A model generated the notes under the pieces. The model was given only the letters and a program-made list of their open reading frames with translations. It made no database searches and was not told the DNA's origin. DNA of 64,000 bases from Tubiluchus corallicola (taxonomy: Eukaryota; Animalia; Priapulida), in the NCBI GenBank assembly GCA_030141605.1, contig JAQGDQ010000600.1, positions 62,001-126,000 of the forward strand. The letters run 5' to 3'. The position numbers were made by a program, and so were the translations under genes. Positions 57,855 to 64,000 of this stretch are shown piece by piece; position 1 is the first letter of the stretch, and each line of letters opens with the position of its first letter.

Positions 57855-60137
57855 TATATAAATATATTTATATAAATATATATATATATATATATAATAA
57901 TCTTTATTTGCCATTATATATCACTGATAAAAACTTTACAGAGATGATCAATCAGTGTTAGTTAATAAAAACTTACTCTGCTAAAGGCAAATGCGTCAGT
58001 GCAATCTGAACTACTGTGCAGTAATGGAAAGTAACGACGAATAAAATCAAACATATTTACAACTATGCACAAAAAATGGAAAAAACTATGATTTAATTCT
58101 ATGATTTATTAAAACTATAATTTGATGAATGAATTCCGCCATGCGTCTGAAGCTTTCAGTAAATTCCCTACAAAACGTAAGTTTTCTCCCAGCAATAGGA
58201 TTACAGGATTAGCGATTACGTAATCGAAGATTTTCCTGTTTAATCCCGAGACCATACGCGATCGAAATCACGTAGACATTTTTTCCTAAGCGGACAGATT
58301 TTTTCCCCTAAACACGTTTAGTTCCCAGAAATGCCGTTTCGCAGTAATTAGCGGTAATTTTAATTGCATATTTCGCAAACTGCGCAATTCGCTTCATCTA
58401 CTTAGCATAAGCGACCTGCTTCCCCCGGGAATAACTCTAGTACCACTTTACCGATCTTGTAAAGTTGACCCAGTTTCCCCTACAAATAATAATAATAACA
58501 ATAATAACGGTAATAAAAATAATGATGATGATGATGATGATGATAATAATAATAATAATAGTAATAATAATCGCCTTATTTCACAAACATAAACACAAGT
58601 ACAATTAAAAAATCACACACTTAAATAGACAACGCATACAGGAACACGTCTCTACAAATACAAAGCTCTTTTTCAGCGTAGACAATTAAAAAATACCATA
58701 ATCTATAACAAACACTCTACATATATATCACAGTGCTGACTGAATACATTAATCCCTCGCAAAGTTAATTCGTACCTTTTAATTTAGAATCACGTGTTGT
58801 TGAAATTTCATGCACATAGTTAATCAACAATTTCTTAACTTCCACATCTCCACTTTTTTTAAAAATATAAACTTATCAATATCACACATGGATGGGAATT
58901 CTGGAAAAATATCTGATATCTGATTTAAGAATGTAGTCCTTTCTTTACAATAAACATTGCAATAAACAACACCAAGTGAAATTCATCTTCCGTGCTCCCA
59001 TTCTTACAAAAGTACATTTTCTCATATCAGCAGGTGTTTTAGGTCTAGAATATCAACCAGTCTCAATTTGTAATCTATGCGCGCTAACACGGAATTTTCT
59101 GTAGGTTTCAATGAGGAAATCTAACGAGGTACTGAAATATGTTGGTAGGACTTTACTTCACAAAGTTATACTCTTTTATGCAGTACGGCGCGCTGTCAAC
59201 ACAAGAACGGCACTCAAGGAGATAACTTACTTAAAATGCAAAGTTCTGCCGAAACCTTGCTGAACAAAAATGATGATCTTCAAGGATGAGATAGTGAACT
59301 AGCAAGTGTCTTGGCTACATTAGGTGTGAATAAACTCTCCCTGAACGAAAGTAAAGTAATAGTCATAGGGAGTATCGCCAATGAAACCGCCAAGAAGCAT
59401 TGTCCCCTAGTCACCCAACCAGTTACTGACCTAGTGAATAACTTCATCACGTGACCACTCAATAATTTTTCTTACTACAGCTAAGCGTCACGTAGGTCAT
59501 ACAAGCCATTGTAAATGCACAATGTAATTTATCTGTCTCATCCAAGTAGCCTGGTACTCCAACGGCACCAGCTAACCTTTCTGCAAAATTTTATTCACTA
59601 ATTAATTACGGAACTTACTAAACTAACGAAGAAAAACTAGGTCTTCCACAGGAGAGTAACACCTCCTTCTCTTGCATCATGTTTTATCTTAGCTGTCTGA
59701 TAAGGTCAAGCTATCCGACAAGCTATTGTTTAAACTGTTCTTTAACCCGGTTCCCCAGTCATTAAGTTTTACATACAAATTATTTTTAGAATCCATTAAT
59801 ATCACATAGTTTTTTGCCCCTAAACATTGACACGTCTCCGACTTTTGTCGATCCGACAGGCAATTCGCCAGGAACATGCAACAAGTTACATTTGCACAAG
59901 CCACACATATTTACAATATCTTTATGGGAAAAATTGGAAACCATTGTTTCAATTCTCTCACTTTTATGGCTTCACAATATAAAAGTCGCAAAGAACTACT
60001 ATAAAATATCTCACCTCTTCCGCATGAAGCATTTTAGCCAGAAGCGGATATCCGGTCCGTAAGTGACGAACAATTCCAGGGGGTGCAGGCGGCTGAAGTA
60101 ATTGCCTGGCTAATGCCATACATCTCTTCCCTTGCAT
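45217..60137 (-). CDS. CYP10: cytochrome P450, mitochondrial clan (CYP10-like; CYP24/27-related), ~552-574 aa
   Basis: complement(join(45217..45366,46349..46392,46787..46943,48163..48241,49674..49840,50738..50881,51343..51563,52349..52539,53882..54078,56859..57044,[57977..58013,59231..59259],60015..60137)). Motifs: [10 protein letters not shown] hinge, GKEWQKYR, I-helix [19 protein letters not shown], heme [12 protein letters not shown], and an Arg-containing N-terminus. The family label rests on recalled similarity to molluscan CYP10 (GHGARMC); the bracketed micro-exons are tentative. Confidence 0.9.
45568..45885. mobile_element. pogo/Tigger-like MITE
   Basis: TA|CAGTAAGGCCTCGCTTAACGA ... 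TCATTAAGCGAGGACTTACAG imperfect TIRs. Confidence 0.65.
47054..47405. mobile_element. hAT-like MITE with TTCGAA-rich subtermini
   Basis: TIR TAGGGGTGAGCAT / ATGCTCACCCCTA and perfect 8-bp TSD CTAGTAAG. Confidence 0.88.
48283..48346 (-). pseudogene. decayed partial copy of the CYP heme-binding exon inside an upstream intron
   Basis: Matches 46860-46913 fused to 46803-46811. Has an in-frame TAG. Confidence 0.7.
53452..53780. repeat. (CAT/CGT/CAC)n microsatellite
   Basis: Directly visible. Explains the poly-H/S/M ORFs. Confidence 0.95.
54155..54366. mobile_element. Penelope-like inverted terminal-repeat relic
   Basis: 91-bp arms (54155-54245, 54276-54366) with ~8 mismatches, containing a hammerhead core and AATAAA. 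Confidence 0.65.
54262..54309 (+). ncRNA. minimal type I hammerhead ribozyme (Penelope-type)
   Basis: GUGUACCA-CUGAUGA-U-GAGAGC-UGAUU-GCUUUU-GAAAC-GUU-UGGACAC: stem I (GUGU.CCA/UGG.ACAC), conserved core, stem II, and a loopless palindromic stem III. Confidence 0.6.
57276..57785. mobile_element. Kolobok-like MITE (relatives at ~660-1020 and ~26310-26590)
   Basis: TTAA|AGGACAA ... TTGTTCACCT|TTAA. Shares internal TAATCAGAGCATTCGTAG and CAGTGGTGCACACTGGGAT with the other copies. Confidence 0.6.
58570..59110 (-). mobile_element. L2/CR1-type LINE 3' fragment
   Basis: Minus strand reads [21 protein letters not shown]...TEDEFHLVL, a disrupted LINE ORF2 C-terminus. Confidence 0.65.
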
Positions 60138-60755
60138 TTTATTGGTTAAAATTGATCCTGAAATAAGAAAACTTGCAATTTACTAAAAGTGTAAACTGAA
60201 AGTCACGTGATCAACATGCTTGTTTATTGAGCATATCTGAACGTATTGAACATTATTGAACATATCTATACTAATCTATTATAATTGGAAAGGATGAAAC
60301 CTAAAGTTACGACTTGCCTAGTGTACTGTCAAAGAAAAAACGTATCGAAACATATTTAAAAAATCAAAATTCATTTTCATCCAAATGGTCTGGGTTCAAT
60401 TCCCGCTGGAGAGCTAAAATGAACTTAGTGAACAATTAGTTTTCAGGTGGGGGTTAACATAGTTTTCGAGGCAAAAATGCTCATAGCGTGTGATCAGTTT
60501 GCGTAAGTTGCAGAAAATTTTCCTACTTTTTATGATCTAGGGTGGAATCTATCTCGCCTCCCGCACATGAAACAAGCACTTTGTCATGGAAATTGCCGTT
60601 AACTTGAAAATCTTTTATTTCTTTTTATAGATAAGTTTCTAGCCTATAAATTTCGAAGCATTACGAGTCTAGACCAACTTCTAAAAACAGCTGATATGTT
60701 CTTTATTTAATGTGCATTTTGACCAAATAAATAAATAAATAAATAAATAACTTAC

Positions 60756-61055
60756 CTTATTAGGAGTTCTGTTGATGAAAGAAGCTTAACACAGTCTTCG
60801 AAACCTAGCGGAAGATTTCTGAACTACGTGATACGCTGTTCTTCATCAAACAGCTACAGTAGGTTGAGGAAAAACAACCAAAATACCACTAAATTTTTTT
60901 ATAATTTTGTCTTTTAATTGCTCTAAGCAATTGGTAAGTACTGAACTAACTAAAGATAGTTAATAGAGAACAGACTTGCTAGCGCCATGAACATACGGTT
61001 TTATACAACTGGTCACGTGACCACAGAGGTAAGATGACCCGATAATAGGGCGGTA
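60756..61055 (-). promoter_or_regulatory. probable CYP promoter and non-coding first exon
   Basis: Minus-strand TATAAAA at 60999-61005, palindromic E-box GGTCACGTGACC at 61011-61022, GC box at 61048-61053, and donor AAG|GTAAGT at 60756/60755. The next acceptor opens at 60157. Confidence 0.5.
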
Positions 61056-61752
61056 AGTGATTAGGGCATGCTGCTGGGCGAGGGATTGGTGTTCCTGCTG
61101 TGCATTGTTCCTAAAAGTGTTGTTGTGGGAGCGGAGGTATGAATCCGATGAATGAATGACGTAATGCTAGATGGCGTCCTTAGAAACGGGCGTTCGAGTC
61201 CCCTGTGAGACTGACTGAGTTTTCGGACAAAAAACTGCCAATTTTTGCAAAAAAGGTGCTAATTCTGTCTGCTAGTCCGTCAGTGATAAACCAGGAACAA
61301 TCCCCTATTTTAGCACGGCTTTCGGGAATCGAGAAGTGCCATTTTCTGACCTGACCCGGTAAATTTTCAAGGCCAGGAATAGAAAGTTATTTAGAGAATT
61401 TACGTTCTCCTGTTTCTGGTCAAGTTCTGATAGCACAGCGCGAGGATTTCGACTCGCAGGTATTTTATTTTATGTTAAAACAAAACAGCTACAAATACTG
61501 AATAATTGTCATTTTTTAGGATATGGGGCACCAGCAGACAGGGGCGGCTCTAGGTAGTTTGACGCCCTAGGCAAAACATTTTTAGCGCCCCTTTCTCAAC
61601 GATCAACTCATTCCCCCAGCAAAAAATTAATTTTTCTTGTATAATATTATAACAATGTATAACAGTACATCTATGTTAGGTTTAAGCACGTTTCATAATG
61701 TACTAATTAAGTGTAGCAAATTACAGATCTTTTCGTTACCTAAATTCGCGCC

Positions 61753-62007
61753 CATGGCCTATTTCAGCCTAGGCGAGGTCCGGGGAAGTGGGGCGTGTGA
61801 GGCCCCATCGGGGGGGGGAGCGCCGGGGGCGGGCGCTACCGTGGTTGGCGCCCAGAAAATTTTTGAACTGCTAGAACGCCGGAGAAGCATTTTCGAAGAG
61901 AAAATATGGAGTTATACAGTTGTTAAAGGAAAGAACAATTGAAAGAAAAACTGCTTTTTATTCTCAAGACCAGTCCCTAATACTTGTCAATACTGGCAAA
62001 CGGCGCG

Positions 62008-62054
<47 letters not shown>

Positions 62055-62133
62055 GCAGTACCTTGGCGCGAGGCCCCCTGAAGGGTGAGGCCCCGGGGAA
62101 GTATCTCCACTCCCCCCCTTGAAATAGGCCATG
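61753..62133. mobile_element. hAT-like MITE (same family as 42033-42428)
   Basis: TIR CATGGCCTATTTCA / TGAAATAGGCCATG and perfect 8-bp TSD TTCGCGCC. Confidence 0.88.
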
Positions 62134-62359
62134 TTCGCGCCTCTTTTGAATTAGCACCTCAAAGATTTCAAACAAATGACCATTGATGACTTAATTAAAT
62201 GTAATATAAACATATTCGTGCACAAAACTCACTACAAATCTCGGCCATCGTTTTTCGTTAATCTTCTTAATCTTAATCAAACACAATACAATACTAGATT
62301 TGACGAGTATCAAGTTGTCCGATGTAAGACTAATGTTGCGTTTCATGTTACTAATGTTA

Positions 62360-62752
62360 CATTTCATCTCATTTATTGGTCCTACCATTTCATCTCATTT
62401 ATTGGTCCTACCATTTCATCTCATTTATTGGTCCTACCATTTCATCTCATTTATTGGCCCTATCATTTCATCTCATTTATTGGTCCTACCATTTCATCTC
62501 ATTTATTGGTCCTACCATTTCATCTCATTTATTGGTCCTACCATTTCATCTCATTTATTGGTCCTACCATTTCATCTCATTTATTGGTCCTACCATTTCA
62601 TCTCATTTATTGGTCCTACCATTTCATCTCATTTATTGGCCCTACCATTTCATCTCATTTATTGGTCCTACCATTTCATCTCATTTATTGGTCCTACCAT
62701 TTCATCTCATTTATTGGTCCTACCATTTCAGCTCAATTATTGGTCCTACCAT
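62360..62752. repeat. 26-bp minisatellite (~15 units)
   Basis: Unit CATTTCATCTCATTTATTGGTCCTAC. Explains the repetitive ORFs at 62176-62859. Confidence 0.95.
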
Positions 62753-64000
62753 GTGGAACAAAACACCTGCAAATATTAAGTCAATTTCGTCGTTACCAAG
62801 ATTCGAAAAAGTTTGAAAACTTCATTCTTAAATTCATATTAAAATTTCAGCTTGTATAGGGAAAATAGGTTATGTCCTTGTGGGGACATTCAAACTGAGA
62901 AACACGTTATACAGACATGCCCCCTAACATCAAATATTTGAAACCGCTACGACAATGTAAACTTTGCTGATTTAACTCACTTCTTTGAGCACGCTAATTG
63001 TTATATAATATGTTATGAAATTTTGCAACTTTTATGCTGATGTACCTTGTATGCATAACATTGTTTTTAATGCTATAACCTTGAGTAGGAAATGTACGTA
63101 AAGTGACATTTGGACTAAAATCACTAATGTATCGATTGTGGCATTTACCTCGTTCCTCTTGTATACATGTAACTTGTTTTAGTCAATAAACTACATACAT
63201 ACATATAGTATAAATATGATGCATGTTCAGATTCACGGTAAGCGATAGACTGACCCATAATGTACTTCTGTTCATAAATGTTGATATATTTTTGTGATGT
63301 CCTAATAGCAGTCTCATATTCACTCTCATTCACATCATTTCACTTACTTAATCCTACTAATTCCCATCTCCTGCACTCTCCACTATCATTCCATCATTTT
63401 TACCTTCCCTTTTTGCACCCTAAGACCAGCACCATTAATTGCATTACGGTCACAAAAGTAATGCCTCTGACTATAATGCAAGCTGCAATTTATATAGATG
63501 TCATACCATGTCGATTTTATTATGAAATTAATGTAACTCTTTGTACCGTGTTATCATAATGTATTTTGTTATATTGTATTGTTGTTTGATGTTTCCGTAA
63601 TAAAATAAATAAAAAAGTAATTATCTACAGCTTGGGTTGATTTCATTTGAAATTGAATTTATGACCCATTGTACGTCCAGCCTCTCCAGGATCTATCAAA
63701 TTTATGCAATTTTTATTACTCTTGATATGATTTCTCTCGTAATTCTTGTCAGATGGTTTTTCAAACCCTAAGTCTTCTTTTCAAGTATATGCATAAGTAT
63801 ATCCATTTCGCTAGCTCATCGCCTTCACAACCATAACTCTGGTCTGGTTGCAAGTACTTCATTGGTGGTTCTCTTTCCTGCTCACTTGCACTTTTTTACT
63901 TCTCGTTTCCGGTATTGCGCTCCTGAGGACATTTTCCAGAAATTGGCGCCCCCTAAACTTAGCGCCTAATGCCGCTGCCTGGTGGTAGAGCTGCCCCCGA

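Noticed and set aside
60385-61210. B-box motifs (GGTTCAATTCC ~60393, CGTTCGAGTCC ~61191) as tRNA genes
   Set aside because: No complete cloverleaf could be drawn. Probably SINE remnants.

Overview
AT-rich, repeat-dense eukaryotic (invertebrate, probably lophotrochozoan by inference from the P450 type) genomic window. Five intron-containing genes can be reconstructed by hand with consistent splice phases: (1) a signal-peptide-bearing, ~56% Asp/Glu secreted protein (+, 7376-11894); (2,3) two tandem cytosolic sulfotransferases with identical exon sizes (-, 15718-23257 and 29493-39669); (4) an NC/LRAT-domain (permuted NlpC/P60) gene between them that looks more plant-type than animal PLAAT-type (+, 25704-28786); (5) a mitochondrial-clan, CYP10-like cytochrome P450 (-, 45217-60137). 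Introns and intergenic DNA contain hAT, Tc1/pogo, Kolobok-like and Harbinger-like MITEs, LINE fragments, tRNA-derived repeats, minisatellites and many microsatellites, which explain most short ORFs in the track. The most notable non-coding signals are two copies of a ~0.5 kb non-autonomous RTE-derived retroelement whose 5' end coincides with the cleavage site of a twister ribozyme, and a Penelope-type minimal hammerhead inside a 91-bp inverted repeat. All gene models, family assignments and RNA structures are by eye and unverified by search.
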